64,000 nucleotides of DNA from Epithemia pelagica (Eukaryota > Protista > Bacillariophyta): positions 496,001 through 560,000 of the forward strand of contig OX337240.1 in the NCBI GenBank assembly GCA_946965045.2. The letters are read 5' to 3'. The notes beneath the pieces were generated by a model. That model was given only the letters and a program-made list of their open reading frames with translations, made no database searches and was not told where the DNA came from. Shown here in pieces: positions 47,212-58,724 of the stretch. The position numbers and the translations under genes were made by a program. Position 1 is the first letter of the stretch, and the number at the start of each line of letters is the position of its first letter.

Positions 47212-47903
47212 TCTACCAGCTGCAATCGCACTTCACGTATGGTTTTGCCTCCTCTTGCGCTGTCCTGTGAACAAGACAAGTACCCTGATGGACAGCAGCT
47301 GGAAGGCACTGGAGGAAGCACAAGTTCAAGGCATCAATGCTGTTCCAATTCCGGTGCATCTGAGTATCTTGCCGTGCTCTTTTGATCACAGTGACAAACA
47401 TCCATCCAGCTCTGCTATGTCACAAGATTCTCGACCATTGACAAATCGTAGTAGACCTTCGACTTTCAGCCTCTGCGCCGTACCGCATGCGCCTGGGATA
47501 AAGACCCATGGATAGTTACCCGCTGCTTGGATGACATTTTCGATCATATCAGGGCGGAAAAGTTGTTTTCTGGATTCTTCGCCTGAAGCTATCTTTCAAC
47601 AAGACCGTCTATAAAACGCTTTACTTCTAGAGTTTAGAAGAATGTTAATGACAAATAGCTCGGCTTCGTTCTTTGACATAGCTCATGAAAACGCACCAAG
47701 AGACCATTCAGAGGTTGACGAGATACTTCTAGAACGTGAAAGTTCTCCTTAGAGGGGAAGGAGACACATAGACAGCATTGCCAGAGCGGCTGTACGTCTG
47801 CCTGTCAGTGCGTCAGACCACACCAGCAGATCTTCCACGAACACCACAAACCAAAACCAACAACGAACCGATACAACAGGAGAGAAACCAGATTGAAATC
47901 AAA

Positions 47904-48290
47904 ATGTCTTGGTTTGGCGGCGGTAGCAAGAAAGATGACGACTCGAGGATAGGCGAAAAGTCTTTTGGTGCAGATTCCTCTCCATCGTTTGCGGGAGATC
48001 TGGACGGAGGCGCCTTGGCGGGTGGTGGAGGTGGCTCGGCCGCGATGCAGGAATTTCAACAAGTTAGTGTGGCGTTGCAACAACAACTGTTGGTCCAAAC
48101 CGTAATCACCGAACTGACTGACCGAGCCTTCATGAAGTGTGTCACGTCATCGAAAGATTCTAAATTAAGTTCGAGAGAGGCTTCATGTATCCAAGCATGC
48201 ACCAACAAATGGCTTGATGCCAATGAGTTCTTGGCAAGAAGGTTGAACAAGAAGGGTGAACAGATGCAGCAGCAACAAGGATTTTCCTAG
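47904..48290 (+). CDS. Small Tim chaperone (Tim8/9/10/13 family)
   Basis: 128 aa with ...ITELTDRAFMKCV...LSSREASCIQACTNKWLD, the twin-CX3C spacing of small Tims with the first Cys replaced by Ala. Confidence 0.8.
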   Translation: MSWFGGGSKKDDDSRIGEKSFGADSSPSFAGDLDGGALAGGGGGSAAMQEFQQVSVALQQQLLVQTVITELTDRAFMKCVTSSKDSKLSSREASCIQACTNKWLDANEFLARRLNKKGEQMQQQQGFS

Positions 48291-48563
48291 TCATCATCGA
48301 GAAAACCAATTGGGTATCATTTGTGAGACAAAAGTTATGTTGTGTCAAATTTCAAGCAAAACTGAAACTGCCGAAACAGTCAGTTGTGATACGCTCCCTT
48401 AACACAAAGACGCATTACATTTTACATTGTCTCGCGGTCGGAAGTCTCTAATCTACAATATTGGAAGTATGAAGTATTGTTAAAATAACATGTGAGATGC
48501 AACGGAGAAAAATATTTTGCTTCCTGTTCCTTTCGGATCTTTTCAACGTAGGATTCGGAGCAA

Positions 48564-49412
48564 TCATGAATACACAACTTTATCGGACTGCAGTTGGTCT
48601 TCTGAAATCTGCCTCATCAGTCCGACCAGGAACAAAGGCTCCTCGGCTTCGTTTTCTTCAAGATAGAGCGGACCAACTCGGACCTCATTGAAAAATGATT
48701 GTCCCGTCGCAGTTTTGTTCAGGAAAACAGCCTCCACCAAGTCTTTATTACCCCTCTTCATTTGATCAAACAGAGAAAGGGGCGCTACAGACTGGGTGTT
48801 CCCCCCATTAAGCAATGGGCCGAGTGGTTGGTGCAAAACTGTCTTCTTGGGGAATCCACAGAAATCTTCCCATGCCTTGTTTACATAAACAATGGAATGT
48901 GGACGTGAAGAAGTCGTAATGACTAAAGCGGTGCCATCATACGCATGATCCATTGCTTCTCTCATGGTACGTGGCAGTGGCACTTGAGGTTGAAGGACAT
49001 TGTCTTGTGCAACAGAGAAGTCTGACTCGGGAGATGCAAACGATAATGTTTGCGACCAAGCCGTGTTCCAGTGACTCTTGCTGTTTTTACCCTCTGCGAC
49101 ATTAATGCCTGCTGTCCTTTCCTTCACTGTCTCTTGCTTGAACATGGTAGGACCTGCCGCACCGCTGAAATCTGATTCTGGGGATGCAAAAGACAACGTC
49201 TGGGACCAAGAATCATTGGAAAAAGAAGAGCGGCCTTGTTTGTTTGGGAAATCCTGGAACAGTGCACTTCCTGTGCGCATTGAAGGGAGATCTATACTTG
49301 AGGTGACGATGAAGCGAGAAGCGCTTGCATTTTTTATACAGCGGATGAGTTGAGGAGTTACAACCCGCATCTTGTTCAGGAGTTGTTCCCTTGGTAAAGC
49401 CGTTGAAGACAT
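48564..49412 (-). CDS. PAS (LOV-like) domain protein with two WSQTLSFASPESDFS repeats
   Basis: ALVIT....PHSIVYVNKAWEDFCGF and LN..ATGQSFFN.V.VGPL are LOV/PAS-like. The GRNCRFLQ motif is replaced by QPLGPLLNG. Arg/Ser-rich N-terminus. Confidence 0.75.
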   Translation of the reverse strand: MSSTALPREQLLNKMRVVTPQLIRCIKNASASRFIVTSSIDLPSMRTGSALFQDFPNKQGRSSFSNDSWSQTLSFASPESDFSGAAGPTMFKQETVKERTAGINVAEGKNSKSHWNTAWSQTLSFASPESDFSVAQDNVLQPQVPLPRTMREAMDHAYDGTALVITTSSRPHSIVYVNKAWEDFCGFPKKTVLHQPLGPLLNGGNTQSVAPLSLFDQMKRGNKDLVEAVFLNKTATGQSFFNEVRVGPLYLEENEAEEPLFLVGLMRQISEDQLQSDKVVYS

Positions 49413-50732
49413 GGTTGTTTCGTAAGATCTGAACACGTAAGTTTGAGGCCAAAAAAAAGCAAATGGGAGAGAACAAATGGCTTGCTTGATGAGAAGAGTT
49501 CCGAATCAATTTATGAGACTGGTTTTCGTCTCCCATCATCGACAATTGAGGTCCCATCATCGACAAGTGAGGTTGAGGACTGAAGAAAAAAATGATCATG
49601 ATTGATAGACCCGAACGGGTGCTTCCGATTTCCGCGTTCGATCAATCAAAAAGCAGATGACAAATGACACGCAAGGACACGTTTACAGTCAACGGATGAC
49701 GGAGAAGTGTTCGAATTGCTTCGAATCCTCTCTTTCCGATGTTGCTCCGAATCAGAACACTTCGTTGCTTGTATTCTGTGCAATCATCACGTCTGTCCTT
49801 CCATCCGGATCGTTCTCAAACCCGAACATTCCACAGACCCGAACTGAAAAAATGTGTGACGTGTCGGAAAGGCTTCCGTGGTTGTTCTCTTTGTTCCGCG
49901 AAGCACCAAAACAAGCTGTTCGAGATTCGAGATTCGAGATTCGAGACACCGATCACCGATCATCGACAAAAACAAGAGAGAAAGAGAAACGAAAGAGTCC
50001 TCTTTTCCTATCCGAAGTCTGAAGCTGGGCTCTACGCTACGAGCTACGAGAGTTCTTGCAAGAAGAGCGAGAAAGACACCACTTAGGCGTTTGTCTCCAA
50101 CTGAACGAAGATTCAGATCAATCGTATGCAAAAGTCAAGCAAGAGGAGGAGACATGGCGGGAGTGATAACACATTCAACCAAGAATGAAACAGAAAGAAC
50201 TACTCCTCTAACGTTACACAGTGGTCCAGTCGACGTAGACATTTGGTAAAGGACCGCCATTTGTGGCCCATCCATGAACGCAAGTAACATATGACATATG
50301 AAAGAGGTTGGACCCTCGTACCTCCCAATCTAAGTCCAACGTCCCATCTACTCTAGATTCTAGATTTGCTTTTTCGAAACATGTTACAGAATGCGTTATC
50401 TGACATGATTACATGACAAATGGCAGTGGAAGACTGCTTCAGTTCCATCCAAGGCACTCTGGAAAACTCTTCAGCAGACAAGGTGTACCACGGAGATCAT
50501 GGTAGAAACATTGAAGGTCCTCGTGGACAAGGAGGTGGCTTATCGTCTGATTCATAGTCCCGTCTGCGACCTACCCCCAAGCGCCGGGCGAGTATTGAGT
50601 CGCACTTAAAAAGGGCTTTCGTATACTCACCCCCACGACGCGTCCTGGAGCTCTCGATCTTGATACAAAATCCCAAAACACACATATTACCTCCACACAT
50701 TCATCACGGTGGTAGAGGTAAGGTGTCTGTTA

Positions 50733-51332
50733 ATGACCTTCTCAATGTCAACATCCTCCCTCCGAAAGCACCGTCTCTCTCAGAAGCAAGCCCGAGAGGC
50801 TTTCGCGGCGCAAGGTGAATCCGAAGCGTCCCGAGCGTCAACGCAAGATGGCAGAAACAACAGCATCCCCAAAACTCGGAACGTATCTTCACAAGAGCCG
50901 AATCCTCCCACCCCTTCTCCATCCAATCCGTTTCCTTTCCTTCATCGGTCCAAGTCACCACCTCGTCTCTTCCTATCTACGCAACCCCTTTGGCGAGGAA
51001 TAGGGAACTCCAACCCTTTGTTGTATGAATGCAAACAGTGTCATGGAGCACAGAGAATTCCACATCCCATGTACCAATACCAGCCTAAACCCGGTGAATT
51101 TGGAACCAAGACATGGTCCTGCGAGGGTCCCTGCAACTTTTTGACATGGTTCTGCGAGGGTCCCTGCAACTTTTTGACACACTGGCGTATTCGTCACGAC
51201 CAACTCTCTAGTATACCAGTCGGAGATGTTCCTTGGCCCGCTGCGGCTTGGAAAGCGCTGGCACAAAATCGTGTTCTGGAGGCTCGTCCAGAGCTTGGTG
51301 TTGTCCAGAAGTCCACCTGTTGCATTCTTTGA
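50733..51332 (+). CDS. Small Zn-ribbon-like protein with C-terminal CaaX (CCIL)
   Basis: LYECKQC...PHPMYQYQP...WSCEGPC; exact internal 33-bp (11-aa) duplication; ends STCCIL*. The start is uncertain. Confidence 0.5.
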   Translation: MTFSMSTSSLRKHRLSQKQAREAFAAQGESEASRASTQDGRNNSIPKTRNVSSQEPNPPTPSPSNPFPFLHRSKSPPRLFLSTQPLWRGIGNSNPLLYECKQCHGAQRIPHPMYQYQPKPGEFGTKTWSCEGPCNFLTWFCEGPCNFLTHWRIRHDQLSSIPVGDVPWPAAAWKALAQNRVLEARPELGVVQKSTCCIL

Positions 51333-51685
51333 ATGTAAGATATAGTCATCAGTTTGAGTCAAGCGTCAGTAATTTTCTAGATGATTGGTTGCCTCTACAT
51401 AGATATACCTCAAGATGTTGAATGAATGTTGTTTCGAGAAAGCATCAACAAATGCATAGGGGTGATAGAAAGCCCACACGACACATACACAACTAAACAG
51501 ATACTTGGACTCAATCAGGACAGACACATACAACAATGTAGGGCTTCCGGAAAAGGTATTTCCTTAATGTAGCACATGTAAGAGATACAAGACACTCTAT
51601 CTAAAACTTGATCTGCTTCAGTTGATGGTCAAAAAGAGCAAGGATTCAAAAGTTCCTGCAAATCCTTTCAAAGTACTCCAACTAA

Positions 51686-51939
51686 CTACCAACTGTTGGC
51701 AGCTTCACGCACCATTCTGAGGTATGCGACTTCGTGATCAAGAAGAGGACGGGTCTGATTTATCAAATCCAGTTCCCTCTTTACTGTGCTGAGACGTTGA
51801 CAAGCAACTGCTTGGACCAATACAAGGAAGCTAATCGAAACGGATGTTATCCTCGCTTGTCCAGAATAGAGAGTTGCTACATCATCAAGTCGCTTCATCT
51901 GGCTTTTGAGAACCTCAACCTCAAAGTTCACCAACTCGG
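51686..51939 (-). pseudogene. 3' remnant of a host ORF disrupted by elements 2 and 3 (continues at 60324-60416)
   Basis: Removing element 2 and one TSD joins 60416-60324 to 51934-51686 in one stop-free frame (DIFDGQERILM...WSPSE|LVNFEVEVLK...AANSW*). Confidence 0.45.
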
Positions 51940-52722
51940 TGTTACAATTCTTTCTGAATCGTAGGGACATTGATGCTCGGTAGAGCAGACAATCAGGTAG
52001 GTCACCAACCGATACAAGCTTCTCAGGGTCAGAGAAGCAAGCAAGTCGAAGTCTATCAGAAGGATAGTCGGGACACAAAAGAGGATGTGATAAATGGTGA
52101 TATTGTTAGATTGTGTGTTGATTACTACGATAGGTCTACGTGAAATGTTCGGTCCTGCCAAGGGTCATGTGTCATAGGTTCTTGGCGGCAACAGGTTTGG
52201 AATAGTTGGAGTCGATTCATGTGATGTATATGACATGTATATGTGGGCGGATAACATATACAGGGTCAACAGCTCTTGCTTTGGGTTGGCATAGTTGTTT
52301 TCATGGCGCGCAGCTTGTTGACAATTTGGAGATTGTGGGAATGGAAATATGGTCTCGCGTGATCGTGTGTCGTGCTTGGGATACTTAGACCGTTGGATCG
52401 GATAGATACCGATAGCGCTCGGATGTCGCTTGGGCGCGCTCGATGATTTCGGGCGCGTACGCTTAGGGCGTTAGTATAATGTCCGAGCAACGGCCAAATT
52501 TATGTCCGTTGTAATACCGCACGACCCAGTTTAGTCTTGAGAGTGAGTTCGTCAATCTATTCTCACTTTTCATGATTTGCGAAGAAATATAGGTCGATAT
52601 AGCGCGAAGCTAGGGAACATAGCTCGAAGCTAGATGGCATGATGCGATAGCACGAGGCTATGTGACATGGGGAATCGATGAGATGTAGAATCTAACCACC
52701 ATAGACGGTGAGAATTCTAACA
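51940..52722 (-). repeat. 3' LTR of element 2
   Basis: Matches 59541-60323 (one mismatch noticed, 52166 c / 59767 t). The pol stop codon TAG (52717-52719) lies inside it, and PPT GTGGGGAG is adjacent. Confidence 0.95.
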
Positions 52723-55700
52723 CTCCCCACAACTCGTCGTTTCAGCCTTGTCATCATTGGATTTGTTGAGGTCTTGAACTTCTCCTTTCCAAAACAACAA
52801 TGGCTTGAGCATGGGCCAAATAGATACGAAATCCCAATGTTTGCTAAGGATATCGGCAGGGTTGGTCTTTCCATCTTTCCAGTAGAATGCAACATACTTT
52901 GCTGCGATGGCTTCACGAACTCGGTGGTATGACAGAAGATGGTGTCTCTTGGATAGTATGGAATGAGGAACGGTTGCATTGAGCACAACAGATCTGTTAT
53001 CTCCGTACATGTAACTTCGCTCTCGGATAGGTACTCCAAGGTAGCGGAGAGAATGTCGTAATTCTGTAATCTGATCTATTGCTGTCCTTGCAGCCACAAA
53101 CTCGGATCCATAGGTAGCAGTTTCCACCGTGCTCTGTCTCTTGCTGTACCAGTCAATAGGTGTTCCGTTCAACAAATGTAGAACAGCAGTGACGGATTTA
53201 CCAGTGACTATGTCATGCATGAGATTGGCATCAACATAATGAATTGTGGTAACATAGCGGCCAAGAGGTGTTGGGCAGTCTTCAGGAATACGTTCACTTG
53301 CATTCGAATAGACGGTGCGAGTCCAATCAAATTCTTGGGTAGGAAGACTTGAATAATCAGGCTCTCCAATCCTAAATCTGATTGCGCCTTCTGGGAGATG
53401 TGCAAGGTATCCATAGATACGCTTGGCTCTATCAAGATGTCCTTTCCTCGGAGCAGCGCGAAAGCGTGATAGCGTCATTGTAGCGGTGAAGACGTCGAAA
53501 CGACCAATAGTGATCACCCATTGGAGTTGTCCAATCAGAGTTTGGAAATGGCTAGTACCTTCTTCATCAAGGAGCTCAGAATCATCCAATTCAGGATGGT
53601 CTCCACCAATAAGAGGTGTTTTGGCTTTCTTGGGTTTCTCCTTGAAGATTCGTTCGAAAGTGTCCATCATCTTACCAATGTAGCGTCTTGGATCTGCTAC
53701 TAATGTTCCATCAGAATCCTTGGTGTAAGAACATCCCAAGTGGAAATCAATAGGTCCATCTCCTTTGAGTTTGAAGTTGTATTTCTCCTTCAGGATCTTG
53801 CAGATATTCCCAGGATCAGTAGAAATAATGGCTAAGTCATCAACGTATACGGCAATGTATTCGTAACAGTCTTCTCCAGGTGCTTTCCTCATCCAGATAT
53901 CCGGATCTGCTTTGCTTGGTGAAAATCCCATGTCTGTCAAAACATCGAATAAGACATCATGCCAGCGTGCGCCTGATGACTTCAATCCATAAAGTGCCTT
54001 GTATATAATCAGGATGTGACCTTCTAATTCCTTGAATTCAGGTCCTGCGACAATGAAAATTTTCTCCCCTGTCAAGGCTTCCAGATATGCATTTCCAATA
54101 TCTGCTCCCCATATTTCCAAGTCATTCAAAGTACCCAGGAATAAGGCAATGCGGAGGTTGCGAATGGAAACAACACCTGAATAGATTGTCTCAACAGGTT
54201 CTTTCGTGAGATGTCCATCTGCGACAAGTCTTGCTTTATGTCGTCCATCATGTTTTACGTCAAAGACAAGATGTACACGTATCTTATGATATCCTTCAGG
54301 TGCATTGGATACTTTCCCTTTAATGAAGATGGCTTTCCCAAAATCCTTGAATGTCTTGTAGGACTGGATCTGTGACAATTCTAATTATGTTGCATCCTGC
54401 CACTTTGTGTTGCCATGTTGTTTATCAAGAGCGACAGCTTCCTCATAATTGCGTGGTACTTGGAATCCAAACTTATACTTGACGGAATGATGAACTTGTT
54501 TAATCCTTGACTGTTTGGCTGCTCGAATGAGACGTTTGCTTGTTTTGACATAACGTTTCAAATGCTTCCATCCAGGTTCGTTGAGTAAACCATGTTTCTT
54601 TCCATAAATTGCTACAGTGATCGGATCATCATTGGCGATGAGTGATAAAGGTTCATAGGTAGTCTCCCCAGTTTCCCAATCAACAAGCAAATTATATTTG
54701 CTCCCCTTGTAATCTGGATCAGTTGTGTTCAGTGGGCCTTGATGGGCAATGACATCCCTGAACCTGAAAAGATTATCTCCAGAGGTTTGAGCTTGGTTAT
54801 CTCGTTCGATATACTCCATGAGTTGATTATAGGATATCATCTCATCAACATCAGAATTTGTCTTTCGGTAGATGTATTTGACACGTTCTTCCTGTTTCGT
54901 TGCTTCTTCATTAAGATCAATGACTCGTTTGATGACACGTGCACGATGTCGCTCCCCATTTTCTTCTGTGTCGCATAGGAATGTGCGTCCTATCATGTCG
55001 TCAAAATCGATCGTGGGCATTGGTTTGGATGGATCTTCACTATCACTGCGAATGAAGACAGTGTCAGCTTGCTTATCATTGTCATCCTTCTCAGACGAAT
55101 CCTCCCCTGAAGGTCGATCCACACGGAGGTTAGGTGTAGTGGATTCAACACGGCGAACGGCAGAACGGTAGATTATCTGGTTATCTTGGGTGAGAATCTT
55201 CCAAGTAAAAGAATCACCAACGTTGTGAGCAAAACCAACCCAGTGGCCAAGTTTCTCATCAGAAGAAGATGGATATGAACCAGAATTGGGTTCAGCGGGG
55301 TCGACACGGTAATAAACCTCATCCCAGAAAGGAAAGAACAAGAGATGAGTAATGTCGGGTGGGCGTCCGGAGAGAGCCTCAAGAGGAGTGCGACCGGAGT
55401 GGGTGGGTGATGACGTATGGTTCAATAAGTCACAGACATACTCAAGGCAAAGAAGCCAGGTGTTGGCAGGGCAACCAGTGGCATTCATGAGAGCGTTGGT
55501 CATACGTTTAACGGTCTGGTAACGGTTTTCAGCCTTATTCTGGTGTTGATGATAAGGTTCGGATCGATACTCCCCAATAAGCAAAGTGCGAAGAATGTCT
55601 TTAACCTTTTGAGAGATGAGAGATGAACCACCATCACTGATAAGAGTCTCCATGGCACCACGAAACCGGATGTTGTCCTGAAGAGTATTGACAAACTGTT

Positions 55701-58404
55701 TGGTTGACTTGATCCCATAGATATCAGTAACCAGAGTATCTCGACCAACAAAGATTTGTGCGACTTTACCGCCATGGTCAACAGCAGGGGTGTCGGAGAA
55801 AACCGAGTCAGTAGCAACGGGTTCATGGCGTCGAGGTATATTAAGGACCGGATTGCGAGCCTTGAAATGTTTCTTGAGGGTGTCGTGGTCAAAAGTAATG
55901 CTACCATGACGTGTAGTGTGCTTGAACGTATCGGCAATAACATCTTCAGATTGCCAACCAAAGAATGAACGGAACTTCTTCCAGTCATACGCTTCCTGGT
56001 AACGACGGTGAACAGAGGCATGAAGTGTAGGATCATTACCTTCTGCGTCAGCATAGATAGAAAAGAAGGGTGCGTCGTCAGGTCCATGATCGTATGGGAG
56101 ATCCAAAAGGAGATTGAGGTTACAAACAACACGATCAGTGTACTCCCCATAGTTGTCATATGGATGGTTCGACATACTACCATCAGTCTTGACGTGTTTC
56201 CAATCAGGATCATTGTCAGAGGGTGTGGGAGAATACGAATGGTCCAGAACACCAGGATCCCATGTGTCGGGTGACGTGAAGATGATCTGAGGTAAGGTAT
56301 CCATGTCATCGTCGCTGGGGATACCCAAGGAGTGGATGTAGGCTAACCCATCCTTGATGTGAAGGGGTATAGCACGACCATCACGTGTAGTGATGCGTTG
56401 TTTACCATCAACTTTAACAGATCGTTCATCAACAGCAAGTCCGAAATGCTCGAATTGACCAGGAGCATGGATAGATAAGCCCTTTCCATATTAAGCATAT
56501 TCATTGAAGATGCCGACAATAGGTCCATCATTGGTCTCAAACTTTGCGGCACATGTGACGACAGGAAGTCCAGTAAGTTCATGGTTATCAATACCCACAA
56601 TAGTGATATGGCGACCAGTCTTAGAGAGGATGCGCATGTCAGAACCAGCAAGTCCTCCATTAGCACCACGGTCAATCAATTGATTTCCTGGTAAAGTAGA
56701 TTTCCTGGAAAACAAATAGCGTGGAACATGTCCTGCTTGTTTATGCATGTTGGCTTTGAAAGTAACCTTCTTGCTCGTCTTGGACTTGGCGTTAGAAAGA
56801 ACACTAGTCAGGTCAGTTGCCGGGTGATTGATATCAGTCGTCATGGCTTGGTTGATAAATTGTGTAACCGGATCTGAATCATCTGGATGCTCAGGGACTA
56901 CGCCAGGTGAGTCGTCATCAGATGCAACTTGGTTGGGGTCAGGATCAGGTTCCGGATCAATGTCGAGGGCATGTGTTTGCACTTTCCTCGGTGTTGTTGA
57001 TGAGGGTGCTTGAATCATCTTGTTATACTCAATGATCAACTTGCGATCTTCTTCAGAAAGTTTGAACCATAGGTCACGCGGTAGACTAACCTTGGACGAA
57101 GAGGATGGAGATTCAGATGTCGCTGTGGTGTTGTGGACATGATACTCCATATCATCTTGTGAGGTTATGTCAGCATCTGTATCTTGGCCATATAGTGATT
57201 CATGTTGTTTGACATGTCGACGGCGACTATGAACAGATGACTGGGTTGCTTGATCATGGTCATAAGCTGCGTCTAGAAGGAGACGGAAGTATGATTGATA
57301 GCAAAGGGATTTTGCACCGGATTTGGTGTTCACCACATTATCCAAGATCTTGACTCGGCGGAGATCAGGTACCTTTTCTACAGCTTGCATGAGGAAGGTC
57401 ATCCTGGTATGATCAGGGATGCGATCAGACAATGTCACTAGATTGTCTAGCAAACGTAGCTGCTCTTGAAAGTGTAGAAGAAATTGACGTGTTGTTCCGC
57501 GCCATGTGTCGTCAAGACGTAGATTGGAAATGTAGTTGGTTAAACGGAGGACTTCTCGCTTTGCTAGGTCGGATTCGGTATGCAAAGAGTGTAACTTCTG
57601 CAATACGGCACGCGCATCTTCATCATGTTCATGTTCACGTACATAGGCTTGACCTTGGTCAGTCTGAATGATACGGACAAGAACGGAGTAAAGAAATACT
57701 TGTTGCTCTTGAAAAAGTTCTTCGGCATACTCATCATCATGGGGTGGTGTGTATTTGAAATTCAGAACGTTGGATAGGCCTTGAGCCTTAGCTGTAGTCT
57801 TGAATACACGCCAGAATGAATCGTAGTATCGTTCATCCTTGAATACCTCATATGCAGTTGCGTCGCGTTTAGTTCCCTTTCTGAATGCTGTAAGGTCTTG
57901 TTGAGATTGGGATGCAGCAGTAACTGTGCTGACAGATTTCACAGATGACGGTGACTTCATTGGCGAGACTGGGACTTGACTAGGTGGTCCCTTAGAGAAA
58001 TCTGTGTTGATCCTCCAAGTGTTGAACTCTTTCCTCGTTAGGTTCATCCAGTCGCTATTGGATAGCTCGTCTTGAATTTCATTGGTCTTGTATATGGCCC
58101 AATAAGCCAAGAGCTTGATCTGCTGTCTTGTGGGGCCTTGTAGATCATGTGTCTGTTTGTTGACCTTGTATTGTGTCAGTTCCTTCATGGATTCCTCGGT
58201 ATTAGTTTGCATATACGAGATAACATGGGTAATGTTCTCAAAACCATGGTATTTCATCCACTTCATTAAGTAGTCGGCCCTTTCCTTGGTAAAGAATTGG
58301 CAGACAGTAAATATGATGTGGTCGAATAGGTCTGTGTTCGAGACATTGTCTTGGTTATCTTCTCCCTTAGGAGTCGTAGGTGTCTTGGGTGATTGAGGAT
58401 CCAT
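52717..58404 (-). pseudogene. pol: Gag-Pol of element 2, one frame interrupted by two in-frame TAA codons
   Basis: ORFs 56491-58404, 54385-56328 and 52717-54378 share a frame, with TAA at 56491-56493 and 54385-54387. Motifs: LIDRGANGG (PR), VATDSVF/LISDGG/QNKAENRYQ (IN), HKARLVADG, YGLKSSG, YVDDL (RT), YVDAN and NPADILSK (RH). Confidence 0.9.
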
Positions 58405-58724
58405 GGTGTTATTTGGTTGGTTCGATGTTTATTTAATGTGCGGTGTGATGTGGTTTATTTAATGTGTGATGTGATGTGAACCCGGATGTACCACGTGTGC
58501 CACGTATGTACCACGTATGTGATACCCGGATGTGTGTTGTGATGTGCGACTCCTGGAAATTTCCGTTGATTTCGACAAATTTTCGCCGAGTTTCAACAAA
58601 TTTTCGCCGAATTTTCGCGATTTGACGGGAATGTGTGGCGTGTTGTGCGACCAAGGGTACCCGGATGTGCGTTGAGTTTAAGTCTTGGAAAGGTTTTGAG
58701 AGGACGGGAGTTAACTATGAGTAA

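Noticed and set aside
47212-47780. Protein-like fragments (e.g. AWDKDPWIVTRCLDDIFDHIRAEKLFS)
   Set aside because: Multiple stops and no identifiable family. It may be a decayed gene but cannot be supported.
23063-56493. TAA reassigned to an amino acid (three in-frame TAAs at 23063, 54385, 56491)
   Set aside because: The aligned residues are not consistent (His in element 3 at one site), all three cases are in a TE or a duplicate gene, and long host genes contain no internal TAA. Nonsense mutation is simpler.
58405-58724. CRISPR-like or tRNA-like array in the element 2 spacer and other short tandem repeats (22558-22614, 49919-49947)
   Set aside because: The repeats are short, adjacent or irregular with no unique constant-length spacers, there are no cas genes, and the context is eukaryotic.
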